From Lama guanicoe (lineage: Eukaryota), in assembly GCA_013239625.1 (NCBI GenBank), contig MU053881.1, positions 10,778,873-10,842,872 of the forward strand: a DNA stretch of 64,000 bases, read 5' to 3'. Position 1 is the stretch's first letter; every line of letters begins with the position of its first letter. Below the pieces are notes generated by a model that saw only the letters and a list, made by a program, of their open reading frames with translations, made no database searches and was not told the origin of the DNA. This document shows positions 1-12,976 of the stretch, one piece after another. A program made the translations under genes and the position numbers.

Positions 1-810
1 AGTGTTTAATTCAGAAATTTCTGGTGATAATGCAAAAAGATATGTGAAGTCCTTCCCACAGTATTGTACAGAGTACAGTGTAGCAAGCGTTTGACAAATT
101 CTGGAAATTTGTGTATGCCATACTGAGAAATTAAGCTTTTTATTGATCAAGAATGGCTTCCATCAAAAGTCTCACTTGAAATGGATTGGGAAATAATGAG
201 GACAGAGGTAATGGACCAAGAATTACATATTATTCAACTAATTATAAAGTATTTTGAAGAACTTTTTGCCATGAGTTTGAGAAGCCTATTAGGCAAGTAT
301 GGACAAAACTCTGCATCAGAAACCAAGAGAAGCTGAAGCATCATAGCCTGTCCTTTGTCCTTGGGAAGCTGATAGCATCTCTGCGGGAAGGACAATCGCA
401 CAACAAACTAGCAAAATGCCCACATCACAGAGGGAATTAACAAATCTTTTAAGAGGTATTACTGGGCAAAAGGAAATATGGAAATATGCCCTGGATGCTA
501 AGCACAGGATCCTGATGATAGACAAATCTGGAATTGATGGAGTGGAATGGGAGAGAGATGTCAAGGAAATCTCACAGGATGTCCATGCTGGAGCCAGAAG
601 AGTTACCCAGATGGGTAAAGAAAAGACCAAAGGGCATTTGAGGGTTGTGGGGAGACATGGAGCCATGATTATTACGGAAGTGGGTTGGTTGAGATCAAAT
701 AAGTAAGTTCATTTGACTTGTTAAGTCTATCCTCACATAGTTTCTGCTTTTGTAAACAAAACAAACACTGGTCAGCAAAAGGATAAAATTTAAAGTTCTG
801 AGTTGGTCAG

Positions 811-1308
811 GATGGTAGACAGAAATGACAGCTTCTCCAAACTGGCCACATCCTAATCTCCAGGATCTGTGACTATGTTACATTACATGGCCAGAGGGGG
901 GATTAAGTTGCAGGGAAAATTCAGATTGCTAATTATCTGATTTTAAAATTAGGAGATTATCCTGGTTTATGTGTTACATTCAGTGTAGTCATCAGAGAAG
1001 AGAGATGCAGAAAAGTCAGTGTCCAAGTGATGAGATTTGAGAGAGAAATCATCTAATGCTGGCTTTGAAAATAGGAGAGAGTGACGAGCCAAGGGATGCA
1101 GGCAGCTTCTGGATGCTGGAAAGAGCAGGAAGCACATTTTCCCCTAGAGTCTCCAGAAAGGAGTCAAGCGCTGCCAACACCTTGATTTTAGCCCAGTGAT
1201 ACCTGTGTCCGATTTCTGGCTTCCAGAACTGTCAAATAATACATTTATATTGTTTGAAGCCACTAACTTTACAGCAATTTGTTACAGCAATAATAGGAAA
1301 TGAACACA
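811..1308 (+). mobile_element. MaLR solo LTR, MLT1D-like (ERVL-MaLR)
   Basis: Starts tggtagacagaaatg..ccacatcctaatctccagg..tgtgactatgttacattacatggc and ends aagccactaac..tttgttacagcaataataggaaatgaacaca, matching MLT1 termini as recalled. Near-TSD gtcag (806-810) / ttcag (1309-1313). Confidence 0.85.
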
Positions 1309-1378
1309 TTCAGCCTTTCTGCTTCTAGGAGGGTGAAGGCAGGAAGCCCACACCATGTATATACATTTGTAGCAAAAC

Positions 1379-1590
1379 AGACTTGCAAATGCTGACTACT
1401 GTGTATAAAATAGATAAACAACAAGTTTCTTTTGTATAGCGCAGGGAACTATATTCAATATCTTGTAGTAACCTATAATGAAAAAGAATATGAAAACAAA
1501 TACATGTATGTATATGTAAGACTGAAACATTATGCTGTACACCAGAAACTACACAACATTGTAAACTGACTCTACTTCAGTTAAAAAAAG
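1379..1590 (+). mobile_element. 5'-truncated young L1 3' end (camelid/artiodactyl type)
   Basis: aaaatagataaacaacaag..cagggaactatattcaatatcttgtagtaacc..attatgctgtacaccagaaa..tgtaaactgac plus A tail. Closely similar blocks recur at ~13.4 kb, 22.7 kb and 61.5 kb. Confidence 0.9.
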
Positions 1591-2486
1591 CAAAGATCAT
1601 AAAACACAATACCTGTTTTAGAGTCAAACTGTTATGTCTCAGACATCTGAATAGCATGAAAAATACAATAAATACTTATGGAATTAAAGAACTAATGAAA
1701 GAATAAACACCAAAAAAAAAAGCAGAATTAGCATAGAGATGAGCCATTTTAACTGCTAAACATTGAAATAGGTTCAGCCTTTTTAGAAGCATCCCAGAAG
1801 TCCCTAAGGATAGGCTTTCTAAATGATGCACGATCAGATCCTCTCAGTATATGCTCCTAGTGATCCAGGATTTAAAGAAGTAGGGCAAACAATTTTGACC
1901 AAGTGCAACCAGAGAGGTTGGCCCTGGCAGCAGCAGAAAGGGAGACTTGCAGAAGCCGAAACAGGAGAATGTAGTAGTGACATCTACACAGTATGCAAAT
2001 TGTAGGGAATACGGAGATGACAATGGAACCAAACTGGGAGAAGAGGGCTGATAGCTTTCACCTTCACAGAGGACAATGCTCACCCCCTGCATGCAAGACA
2101 AAGAACTGAAATTTAGGCTGGTTAAGTCTTAGTGAGGGAGATCAATTGACCTGTAGAGCCGATGAAAACCCCTACTCTAAAACTGTGCTTCTGAGGTTTA
2201 CATACCAGCTCGTTGACTCATAAGTCCCCTGATCTATCCTCTTGACCCTTAGGTAGGTTATTACATAAAGTAGAAGTAACAAGAGGAGCTCTGTCCTATA
2301 ATTATATAATTATTTTGAGAACTGTACCATGTCAGACAGTGAGCATAACGTTAATGAGCTAATAAGTTCTTGCTGTTACTAGATCTAGCTAACAGACCCT
2401 CAGAGATACACTAGACAGGAGTAATTTATGGCTAAAATTCTATTTGTCTTTGTACAGTGTTTTATATATAGCACCCACAGTCCGGA

Positions 2487-2660
2487 ACAAGGCCTCTCAA
2501 AGTCTAGCAGGCATTCGGAACCCCAGAGAGCTTGCTAAAACTGATCGCTAAGCTCCACCCCCCTGGATGGGGCAGGACTAAGGGTTTGAGTTTCTTAACA
2601 AGTAGCCGGATGATGCTGGTGCTACTGGTTCAGGGGTCAGACATTCAGAACACCTGGCCT
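2487..2660. mobile_element. MER5-like hAT-Charlie MITE
   Basis: ctctcaaagtctagcaggcattcggaaccccagagagcttgctaaaa..tttcttaacaagtagccggatgatgctggtgctactggttcagggg..cagaacacctgg follows MER5A layout. Confidence 0.7.
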
Positions 2661-3778
2661 GGACTACATATCTTGAATTTTTGCTATGAATTACTCACCA
2701 TTACGGCGTCCTCACATAAGCCCTTTTAGTATAAGATCTTACAGCAGGTGGTTTCACATCGCACTGGGAAACCAGACACAGGGAGGGAAAAGAGAACCCA
2801 TCTGACTATTCCACTCAGTGAGTTCAGAGAGGAAGGGATGCGTTTTAACGCCAGGCTAAATAATTTGAGAGCCAAGGCGTGACCCTCGAGCTTTCACCAT
2901 CTCTGGTCAGTGCCAAGGAGGCAGTCACGGGGGCCTGGTGCCCCAGATGGTGTGTCTACCAGACGAAGGAGGGTTATGGGCCTGAGGTTTTGCAGGACCC
3001 TCCCCTCACCTAAGGGAACATGTAACGTGAGTGAGAAATAAGCCCTCACCCACTCTCACCAAGGAAATGATACGAATATAATCGTTCCCCATCTCAGTGT
3101 GTTCTACCTCGCAGGAGTCCATGTATGGCTTTGTTTTCCGCCCACAGTTAGAATACTTTATTTTAAACAGTGTCACAGTCAATGAATGTATCCGTATTAG
3201 TTTTTATAAATGTATCCACACACAGCATACGTGTTTCTTTTGAGAACCATCACCTTTGCCTTTCTCTTTGTCTTCTCTCATTCACCTTCCTTCTTTCTTC
3301 CTTGGGAACTGTGGTCTGCACAGATGAGAACAGAACAACTCTTTGGAGCAGACAGAGGAAGGAGGTGCCTGTCCTTGGAGAGACTCTAACAAAGTATTTG
3401 CCTGGATTCATTAGCAACTGTAGTCTGTGACACTGGATCCCTGTTGTAACTTCTTTTTCTGTTATAATCAGCATGAGGATTTTCTAATCTCAGCCCCCGA
3501 ATGATCTCTACCCCAGTCTCCAGATGTTCCACATACCTATCCCCCATTTAAGTCACACGGACGTACAGTATCTTGTCCAGAATTGGCTTGAAGCAAAAGA
3601 TGGAGAAAACTAAGCCTAGTTAAGTCCACTTACTACACTGTCTACCTAGATATTTATAAACATAACCATTTGAAGTCTATTGTATTAGTTTGTGCGACAT
3701 GGTAACGCCACCACCAGAAGGTAACAGTTGGAATCTGTCTTTCTTAAAATCAAAGAAGCTGGTATTCTGTACATAGTA

Positions 3779-3781
<3 letters not shown>

Positions 3782-3815
<34 letters not shown>
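3782..3815. repeat. (AC)n microsatellite, ~17 units
   Basis: Direct reading. Confidence 0.97.
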
Positions 3816-3818
<3 letters not shown>

Positions 3819-5445
3819 ATAGAGTTCCATGACCTTTTATTCTCATGATATGCTTTAATAAATAGAAAGCTAAAAATTCTAGTGTAAAATATTCACAGTC
3901 CTTACAACAGCCTTTTTTTCTTTTTCCCTCTCCACTGGTCTAATTTTTTAGGCTCTTCTTTAAAATAAAATTAAAAAACAAACAAACAAAAAACCTTCCT
4001 TAAAGTTATTTCCCCAAAGAAGCCCCTCTCTTTCAGCAGCTGGGGGAAGGTACAGTGAGTCACAACTAATCAAAATCCCTTTGTGTAGTGTTGTTATTCA
4101 TGCATTGTAAGATTTCACTTTCCCATTTCCTTAATGCCACGTCTACTTTCTACTCTAGATTGTAATTTGCTTGAGGGCAGAGGCTGCACTTTCCCTTTGT
4201 TGAGCACAAGTATTTTGAAGGCGCCTGCGGTAATGTGACCACTCAGTAGAGTTTTGTTGATGGTAGTGATGTTTCTGAAAATGTCTGAGAAAAAAGCTGA
4301 CAACTCTGGCCCGCAGTGGCCTTCCCTTGTTTAATCTAAAGTAAGTACCTTTCCTTCCTCCCATAAACAATAATGTGCCAGGCAGCGCACATGAAGGGAA
4401 GTGAGTCAGAAGAGCAATTCATTCTCCCAATGCCCTTATGTGGCTCCTTCAATGCCCTAGAAGTCTGCTCACAGATTTATTTCAGGCATACCTGGCGGGC
4501 AGTTTCTAGACTCCATCAGCAAGCACAAGACCTGATTCTGCTCTCTCTTCCTCTATCCTCACATTCTTAATGCTTCAACTGTGCCCTTGCGACTTTTCTG
4601 TTAGTTAAGAGATGTACAACATAGGGGCGGAAATCAATCTTAATTAAGGCGAACCCTGGAATTATGATCGAAGGAAGGTACATTAGCCCAGTGCTCCCAG
4701 ACCCCCATACAGTGCTGTTATTGACGTCTGGACAGATGGGGGAAGTGAAACAGGAGTCAATACTTCGATCCACTGTGGTCTCTAAGGATCTGCATTTTTA
4801 ACACATCCGTAATGAGTGCTGGTGGTGTTTAATAAATACACAGCAGCCCCTAAGAGTGGCTTTGCGCGTAAAAGGCCCCGAAAGAGTCCCTGGAGCCTCT
4901 GGTTGGTGGGCCAAAGTGGGCTCAGCCTGGTGGAATTGAGGGGTTAAGAATGGTCTGTCCCAATGTCTTTAATGTCTGGGGAGCCCTTCCCCCAAGGTGA
5001 TCAGTCTACTCACATAACCCATTTGAAGAAGTTAAAAATGCAACTACTTCTCTAATGTAGAGGTGGTAGCCACCTGTCGCCCCATCCAACACACACTCCT
5101 CTCCTCATCTAGGACTGTTACCAGCCCCTTCATGTTCACCTCAGAAGTTTAATTCTACCTCAACCTCAAGTCTCCAGACTCCTGACCACTGTGAAGTGCT
5201 TTATGAATATCCTTTGACCTGAGAAGGCCATCCAATTCTCTTCTCTGGCAAAACTCGTGCTAGGATTCGAGAAGCCTGGCTGGTCTCTGTAACATGACTG
5301 AATGGAGAAGGTGTTTAATCAGAAGTGTCACACTGAAGTATCTACTCTTGACCCTCTTTTACTTGAGATGCAGAGAAACCACTCTGAAGAGAGAAGATGT
5401 GTCCGAAGTGACAAAGAAAAGAGATAAAAAAAAAAACTTCCAGTG

Positions 5446-5663
5446 TTTCAGTCATATAGGAAGATGCATTTATTATTTTTCACCATAAGTTAGTGCAAGA
5501 TTTTAAATATAGTTCCTCATGCTATATAGTATCAACTTGTTGTTTATCTATTTTATATATTTTAGTATCTGCACATCTCAAACTCCCACCTGCTACCGCC
5601 CCCTGGTAACCATAAGTTTGTTTTCTATGTCTGTGAGACTATACTTCAATAAAAATATAGTTT
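5446..5663. mobile_element. Young L1 3' fragment with 5' inversion (twin priming)
   Basis: ~5446-5636 is antisense L1 3'UTR (cttgttgtttatctattttatatat; ggtaaccataagtttgttttctatgtctgtgag). ~5637-5663 is the sense terminus (gactatacttcaataaaaa). TSD aaaaaaa(c/t)ttccagtg at 5430-5445 and 5664-5679. Confidence 0.85.
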
Positions 5664-5939
5664 AAAAAAATTTCCAGTGGTGAGAGCCTGAATCAACCCT
5701 GAGACTGACGACAACTCAGCTGAGGTAAGACTGCACTTTCTAACCCCCAATTGCATGAAATGCTCCTATACTCTGTGTCTCTCTCTCTGATTCTCTCTCT
5801 ATATGTATATACATATATATACATATACACATACATATATATATTTGATTTGCTTAAGCTAGTGTTAGAAAATGTCTACTTCTTGGAATTCAAAGATTTA
5901 ATTAAGTCCACTGCTTCCTCTGTCAAAAATTTGCTGATC

Positions 5940-6350
5940 CTTCAGCAATTTTCTGGGCACCGTGCTGCTATATGGGACACAGAGATACAAAAGACACACT
6001 TTCTGCCTCAGGTAGATCATTGGGTAGTTGGCAAGACAAAAAATAAAGCAAAAAAAAAATTTAACACAATGTTATAAGTGAAATGAAAAGATACTGTGAA
6101 ACCTGAAGGTCGCTTAAAAAAATGAATAGATTGACAATTTAGGTTAGAGTTTCGGAGAGGGAGGTCATCTTTGAGACAGGTTTTTAGTGGTAAAGATAAA
6201 TCCTTTAGGTAAATAAGAAGGATAAGAGCAAATTCTTTGTGGAAGGAATAGAAAGTATAATAACAAAGAGGCCTAAGAAAGTAACACAGATTTAACCAAA
6301 CAAAACAAGACATTTCATGGCTCTTGAGCAAAGAAATTCAGCCAACATAG
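5940..6350 (-). mobile_element. L2 fragment
   Basis: gggcaccgtgctgctatatgggacacagagatacaaaagacacactttctgcctcagg resembles the antisense L2 3' end, followed by purine-rich decayed L2 body. Confidence 0.55.
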
Positions 6351-6944
6351 AAAGCTAAAGAAAGAGAGAAGGGTCAGATCCCATCCCATCCTAAAAAGCT
6401 GGGACTTAAGTTATAATATCATAGGTAGTTTACAGACATATAGACAAAGCTATGCTCACTGCTAAGGAAAATGCCCCAAACGACAGTATCTAAAGAAATA
6501 ACCTTGGGCCAGTGATGGATTCTAATAAATAAGAATGGACTCAGGAATCTCCAAATACCCAGCTGCTTCTCAGGACCTTATGCAGATTGCTAGATCTCCC
6601 ACGGCTTGCACAATCCGGCTGTGCGTCTAGTACATGTGGATTTGGCAAGGATATGTCCTCTCCTCTTGGCTTATGGTCAACCCAAGAATGCCCATTTATC
6701 TTTGCTTTTCACTAAACCTCCATAAGTCTCTGGAAAAGGGAGGGGTTCTGCAGGCAGGGAGTGATCTGCTTTGGCTTAGAGAGATTGAATCCATCTGTCC
6801 ATGATGAACCCTTTCCCAGTTTCCTCATAAGCATTGATTATTCCAAGAAAATTGAGAAATCTTTCAAGATGGAGTTATTTTACGAAGAGTCATGGATCGT
6901 GGAGCACATAGAGACAGTAATAACCTGCATCATTATTACAAAAT

Positions 6945-7085
6945 ATAATAACGACTAACTTGCTATTATTGATATAGTACCAGGTAGCAAGTACTGTGCT
7001 AAATACTTAATGTATACTTTCTAACTTAATCTTTTCAAGAATCCTCTGAGATATATATATAATTTTTACTCCAATTTACAAGACT
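6945..7085 (-). mobile_element. MIR SINE fragment
   Basis: ccagg..tactgtgctaaatactt..cttaatcttttcaagaatcctctgag..ttttactccaatttaca resembles the antisense MIR core. Confidence 0.6.
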
Positions 7086-7380
7086 TAGAGATATTAGGGA
7101 AGTAGATGATTTTATACACCATTAATTCTACATACTGTATGTCTAATTTTCATAATAATGTGAAATGTACTAATACATTTATTTTTATGTTACTGGTAAA
7201 AGAAAAAACTAGACTTAAAGCACTAAGTAATAGCTACTAATTACTAAAAGCTGTTCCTTGTGCTTTGCTTTTACTAGCTCATTTAACCATCGCAAATACA
7301 CAATGAAGCTGATTCCAGTGTTATCATCATAGAAGATTAACAACAGAAAACTAAAGAATCTGTCAATAATAATTAGCACT

Positions 7381-7880
7381 TGTGTAGGAAAATAATAGCC
7401 CTCCAAAGATAAACATATTCTAATCACCAGAACATGTCAATAAGTTAGTTTACATGGCAAAGGAGAGTTCTGGTTGTAGACAGAATTAAGGTTGCTGATC
7501 AGATAACCCTTAACTGGCTAGATCGCCTGGGGTTATCTGGGTGGTTACAACGTAATCACAAGGGTTTGTAAAATGGAAGAAGGTAGCAAAAAAACAGAAC
7601 TAGAGAGAGGTCAACTTGAGAAGGACTTAATCTTACACTGTAGGGTTTATAAGATGGAGGAAGGGTCTATAAGCCAAGAAAAGTAGGTGGTCTCTAGAAG
7701 CTGGAAAAGGCAAGGAAATAAATTCTCTCCTAGGACCTCCAGAAAGGAAAGCACCCCATCAAAAATTTGATTTTACTCAGTAAGATCCATATCAGACTTC
7801 TGCTCTGTGGAAATGTAAGGCATGTTTTAGGCCACTAAATTTGTGATAATTTGTCACAGCTGCCAAAGAAAACCAATGGA
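7381..7880 (+). mobile_element. MaLR solo LTR, MLT1D-like, with exact 5-bp TSD
   Basis: tgtgtaggaaaataatagccctccaaagat..ttacatggcaaagg..gaattaaggttgctgatcag..ctagaagctggaaaaggcaaggaaa..gccactaaatttgtgataatttgtcacagc. TSD gcact at 7376-7380 and 7881-7885. Confidence 0.9.
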
Positions 7881-7885
7881 GCACT

Positions 7886-8040
7886 TTAAAACCATTTTGC
7901 CGCTTAATCCTCACATCAGCCTCACCAAGTTGATATTATTACTTCTCTTTTACAAATAGGAGAATTGAAACTTTAATTCCTCAATTAATGTTTCCAGAGG
8001 TATTTACCTAGTAAACAAACCTGCTCTCCCTGAGCTTAAA
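7886..8040 (-). mobile_element. MIR SINE fragment (host of the MLT1D)
   Basis: cttaatcctcacatcagcctc..tattattacttctcttttacaaataggagaattgaaact matches the antisense MIR core. Confidence 0.65.
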
Positions 8041-9149
8041 ACTTCTTCTGGGCACAAATCGTATTTTGTGTGACCCAACAGTTCTATCAAGTTTCTATGG
8101 GACCATCGGTTGACTTATAGTTGAGTGTTTCAATGCAATAGTTTTCTAAATTCCTTAACTGTACCCCCAACCATTTCTCAAATCAAACGGTAGACCTGTT
8201 GCTGCTCCTCAGAGATATGCTAAGAGTACAAGGAATTTAAAGATAAATGCCTATTATATTACATTTTATCCTTTCCCCCAAACTTCAAAATTTCAGTGAA
8301 AAGTGTGGCATGCTCCAACGCTGTCTAGAAGAAGTATAGGGTTAGCAGAAATTCCTCCACAAGCCCACTTTGCTCTAATGCCCTGAATTTTCTCCTAGTG
8401 GCCAAGTGAATTTTCAGTCCTTTCTAAGAACTTAAACTTATTCTACCTGTAAACTATCTTAACAGCTGTGGGAGTCTACCATAACAGTGTTTCATTTTGT
8501 GTACTGCAGAGTAATTGTTCAGGTAATAAAAGACCTAGGGAAATAAACTACTAACTTTTCTAGTGTTCACTACTTACAAATTTCTTTTAAAGATCCTAAG
8601 GTATCTTTAGAGTGCATTATTTTCCTCAAATAACACCGTACTTATGATCCTTGTAGGACTGAAGGAGGAAATAAAAATGCCTCTATTTACATGACATAAC
8701 TATTCTTCACTAGGAAAAGACAAAAATCCTTGTTCTCTTTCCTATCAACCCACCCAACATCCATCCATCCATCCATCTACCCAATGCATATTTTCAAAAC
8801 TAACATATATGCAAGCCATTTTATTTTAACTTTGGAAATACAAGGTACAAAATATAAAGTGTGTGACCTTAAGGGGTTTATAAACTATTGGACTGGGTAA
8901 ATTAACAATTGTAACAGTGTGGTAAATGATGATTAGAAAAATGTGAGTTTTGTTTAATAGGTTAGTTGTTACATGTAGAAATCAATAAAGCACCCAAAGT
9001 AAAGAAATAAAGTGTCCCTTGAGCGTGAAATCACAATAGCAATCTCTATATGATCAGTAAGGAAATAGTCACTTTATAGGAGGAGAGAAATAACTCTCTG
9101 GCTGGAATAAAATTAATTACCATAAAATTGTCTGGTTTAGGTTTTGAAT

Positions 9150-12100
9150 ATATCACAGTCAGTATACGCCATTCTGTTTCTGCCACTGAGTACAGGTATA
9201 AAACTTAAACAAAATGCATGGATCAGACATCTGGGGTCTCTGATAAGTAAGAAACAGCAGGCAAATTTGGAGTAGGAGGCCAGAGTTCAAACACCCTGAA
9301 CTAGTGGTGAGGTTAGATTTTTTTTTTTTCTGTCCAGTATCTCCTGGCCTAAACTTAATTTACCAGAACCAGGTACTGGGGAACAGAAAGATAAAGCTCT
9401 GTAGTTTTCTCTGTTCTTCTTTGCCCCAGGATCCAAGCAATCCCACAGTGGCAGGAGCATCCAGTAGTAACAGGAGGTTGCAAGAGTCAAACATCTAAAG
9501 ATGAGGACACTTCCTCCCCAGTTGGTAGACCTGTGCCTCCAAGAGAGTGAGGCCAGTTGCTGTTACATTATTCCTCTCTCTCTCTCTCTGGCTTCTCATT
9601 GGTTGGCCTTCGCTGTGGGCATACGTGCAGAAATGTATGGCAGAGTGGAATAACCAGCCCCAGATTTCTAAACGGAGGACAGGAAAGAGGAGACCCAGGC
9701 AACTGGAAAGCAATGGAAAGATTACAGAGAGGGAAACACTTGGAAAAGCAGCCTCATAAAGTTGCTTATGAAATCCCAAGTGTACACCCAAGAAACACAA
9801 ACAAGGATTTGTATTATTCAGCAAAGAAAAGGCTACGAGAGCCAAACTAACAGACAGACCAATCCCCATGATGCAACTGACCATGGGATAATGTGCACAC
9901 CAGGTAAATCCGAATGTTACTGAAAAGACTTTGAAAAATGAACTGATACTGGAATTATAGCCCACAGAAAGCAGTATGGAACTTGGAACCTGTACTTAAC
10001 TAGAGTGACTTAACAGAAAAAAAGTAAGTATTCTGCATAATATTTACACAAAACCCAGAGTCTTATGACATAATATTCATAATTTGCAGGATATATTTCA
10101 ACATTATTCAGCATATAAAAAATCAGACCAATCTAAATTCACATTTAGAAAAATCAACTGATGCCAAATAGGAGATAATACAGATGTCACAATGACTTAA
10201 ACTAGCTATTACAAAAATGCGCAGCAAGTAACTGGGGCCACTGCTGAATCCAACAGAGAAATAAAACTTCTCAGTAGAGAAATAAAAGATATGAATAAGA
10301 ACTAAATGGATATTTTAGAACTGAAAGCTTCAGTAACAAAGATGGGCTGAATGGGCTTCACAGCAGAAGAGTGATGACAGAGAAGTCAGCGAACTTGAAG
10401 ATAGATGGGCAGAAACTATGCAATTTGAAGAACAGAAAGAAGAATTCTGGAAGAATGAAGAGGTCCTTAGTAACTTGTAGGATAATAATGGAAGGTCCAA
10501 TATTTGTGTAATTGGAATCTGAGAAGGAGAGAAATGCATGACGGGACACATATTTGGATGATGATGATGATGATAATAATAATAATAATTATTATTATTA
10601 CAACAACAACAACCCTACATATTCATGAAGCTCAGCAAATGCCAAACAGGAAAAACCTAAGGAAACTCACGCCCAGTTATATCAAAATAAAACTGCTAAA
10701 ACCCTAAAGCAAACAACAAAATTTGAGGGAAAAAAATAAAATAAAACTTGTGAACTTTCCAGCAGGAAACAAGAATTTAAATGAAAACTGAAGATTTCTC
10801 ATCAGAAACTATGAAGGTCCAAAGAAAGTGGCACAGTAGTTTTAAAGTGATGGAAGAAAAGTCTTTCATCCCCAAACGCTATACCCAGTGACAGCATACT
10901 TAAGGAATAAAAGTGAAATAAAGACATTCTCAAATAAAAAAAAAATTAAGAGCACACCCAGCGGCAGCCTATTCTAAAAGCATTATTCCAAGGAATTTTA
11001 TCAGACCGAAGGGAAACCGTACCAGAAGGAAATGCTGAACAACTGTAATGGCGAGCAACAGAGACTATCAATATCTGAATAGATATGACAGATTAGTCTG
11101 TTGCTCTTGATTTCTTTAAACTATGTTTCACAATTAAAAGCAAAACTGTAACATCGTTTGATGTGGCTGTCAATTATCTGTAGCTATACCATATAAGGCA
11201 ACTGTAAGATAAAGGAGGGAGAGGAAAAGCATCTATATGGTAGTAAAATTCCTACATTCCATTAGGAGTGCTAAAATATTGATGTTAAGTAGATCGAAAA
11301 AAAAGTTAAGTATGTACATTGTAATCCCTAGAGTGACAACAAAAAATAACCTATACACACGTTTCAATTTAAAGCACGATATGAAGATTAAAATGGGATA
11401 CGATGATTTTGAAATAGTCATAATAAGGCAAGAAAAGGTAAACAAAAGAACAAAAAGCAGAGGGAATAAACAGAAAGAGAATAATGTGATGGTGGAACTA
11501 AATAAAGACATATTAATAATCATAAATGCAAATGCTCCAAAAACAGCAATTAAAAGATATTATCAGCATGGATTACAAAATTATACATACCAATTATACG
11601 TACCACATACATGATGTGTATAAGAAACTCAGTTAACAGATAATGATACAGGTAGGGTAAAGTAACAAGATGGAAAAAATATACCATATACTAATTGAAA
11701 AACAAACAAACAAACAGGGGTGACTATATCAATATCAGGCAAAGTTGATGTCAGAGCAAAGAAAGTTTCAGGGACAATGGCAGATAGCAAGGGTCAATTA
11801 ATTAGGAAGTCATAACAATGTTAAATAAAAACGTTAAAGTACATGAAGCAAAAAGTGGCAAAACTGCAAGAAGAAACTGACAAACTCATAATTATGGTTG
11901 AAGATTTAAACATCCCTCTTTTAGTAAAAGATACATTGGGTAGGCAGAAAACCAGCAATGTACAGAAATGAGCAAGACCATCAACTGGAAGGAGCCAGGT
12001 GACATTTAAAGCCCCACTAAATAAGAACAAAATACACATTCTTTTCAAGTGCTCACAGAATATTCACCAAGATAGACCGTATCTTGGGCACAAAAAGTAA

Positions 12101-12890
12101 AAATTTAAAATGACTGTTTAAAAAATTGAAATCATAATTCGTATGCACTATGGAATTAAACTTAAAACCAGTATTAACTAGAACAGGTCCCAACATTTGG
12201 AAGCTAACCCACTCTGAATAATCCGTGGGCCAAAAAGAAAGACATAAGGGAAATTAGAAAGAATTTTGAAGTGAATGAAAATGGAAATTCAACAAATCAA
12301 AACTTGTGCAATGTAGCTAAAGTAGTGATAGGAGGGAAATTTATAGCATTAAAAAAGAAATAAGGTCTCAAATCAATCTAATTGAAGCTTCTACCTTAAA
12401 AATGGCAAGAGTAAAGCAAGCTGAAAGCAAGGAGGATGGTAATAGTAAAGATGAGAGCATAAATCAATGAAATTGAAAAGAGAAAAGCAAGAGAAAGCTT
12501 ATTAAACACATTTCAGTCTTTGATAAGATCAATAAAAGAGGACCTTCTGACAAAACTGATAAAGAGAGAAGGCATAAATTACCAGTGTAAGGAATGATAG
12601 ACTACAGACCCAGAGAAACTAAAAGGATAATAAATGTTAATGCAAACAACTATATGAGCAAAAATTTAACAACTAAGATTAAATGAGCCAATTTCTTGAA
12701 AACCAGAAATTACCAACATTCACTCAAGAAGAAATAGAAAATAAGAGTCTGATTCTGATTAAAAAATTGAATCTGAAGTTAAAGACCTGAAAAAGAAATC
12801 TCCAGGCACTGGGGTTTTATATCAAACATTTAAAGAATAAATAGTACCAATTCTGTACAATGTTTTCCAGATAATGGAAGAAGGAAAGGA
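9150..12890 (+). mobile_element. Old L1 (L1M-type) 5' portion: 5'UTR, decayed ORF1 and ORF2 endonuclease domain
   Basis: Hand translation of the + strand gives KYMKQKVAKLQEETDKLIIMVEDLNIPLL (~11836), YTFFSSAHRIFTKIDRILG (~12033) and QNLCNVAKVVIGGKFIAL (~12298), similar to L1 ORF2p. ORF1-like A-rich sequence at ~10150-11050. Many stops and frameshifts; 5' boundary approximate. Confidence 0.88.
10557..10613. repeat. Compound trinucleotide microsatellite (GAT)n(AAT)n(ATT)n(ACA)n
   Basis: Direct reading; lies inside the decayed L1 ORF1. Confidence 0.95.
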
Positions 12891-12976
12891 TTGTGGGATA
12901 ATATGATGGGTTGTTGATATTTAGGGCTGCATCGAAACAAGGATTTGTGTAGTAGCACAAACACATCTTCACTGTA

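Noticed and set aside
316..706. Overlapping ORFs 316-666 (-) and 416-706 (+)
   Set aside because: No recognisable protein similarity, splice context or promoter; lengths are within chance expectation.
1590..1725. Possible second 3' transduction after the L1 at 1379-1590 (AATAAA plus A run at ~1713)
   Set aside because: No convincing TSD; the intervening sequence looks like a resident L2 tail.
4115..4303. Minus-strand ORF with an apparent acceptor (gtcagcttttttctcag)
   Set aside because: Resembles an L2 tail (ctctgccctcaagcaaattacaatctag) and lacks a good donor.
5594..5612. CTCF-like ggttaccagggggcggtag inside the inverted L1
   Set aside because: Lacks the conserved CC at the start of the core and derives from L1 3'UTR sequence.
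9495..9965. Longest ORF (156 aa, minus strand)
   Set aside because: Antisense to the 5' region of an old L1; no recognisable domain.
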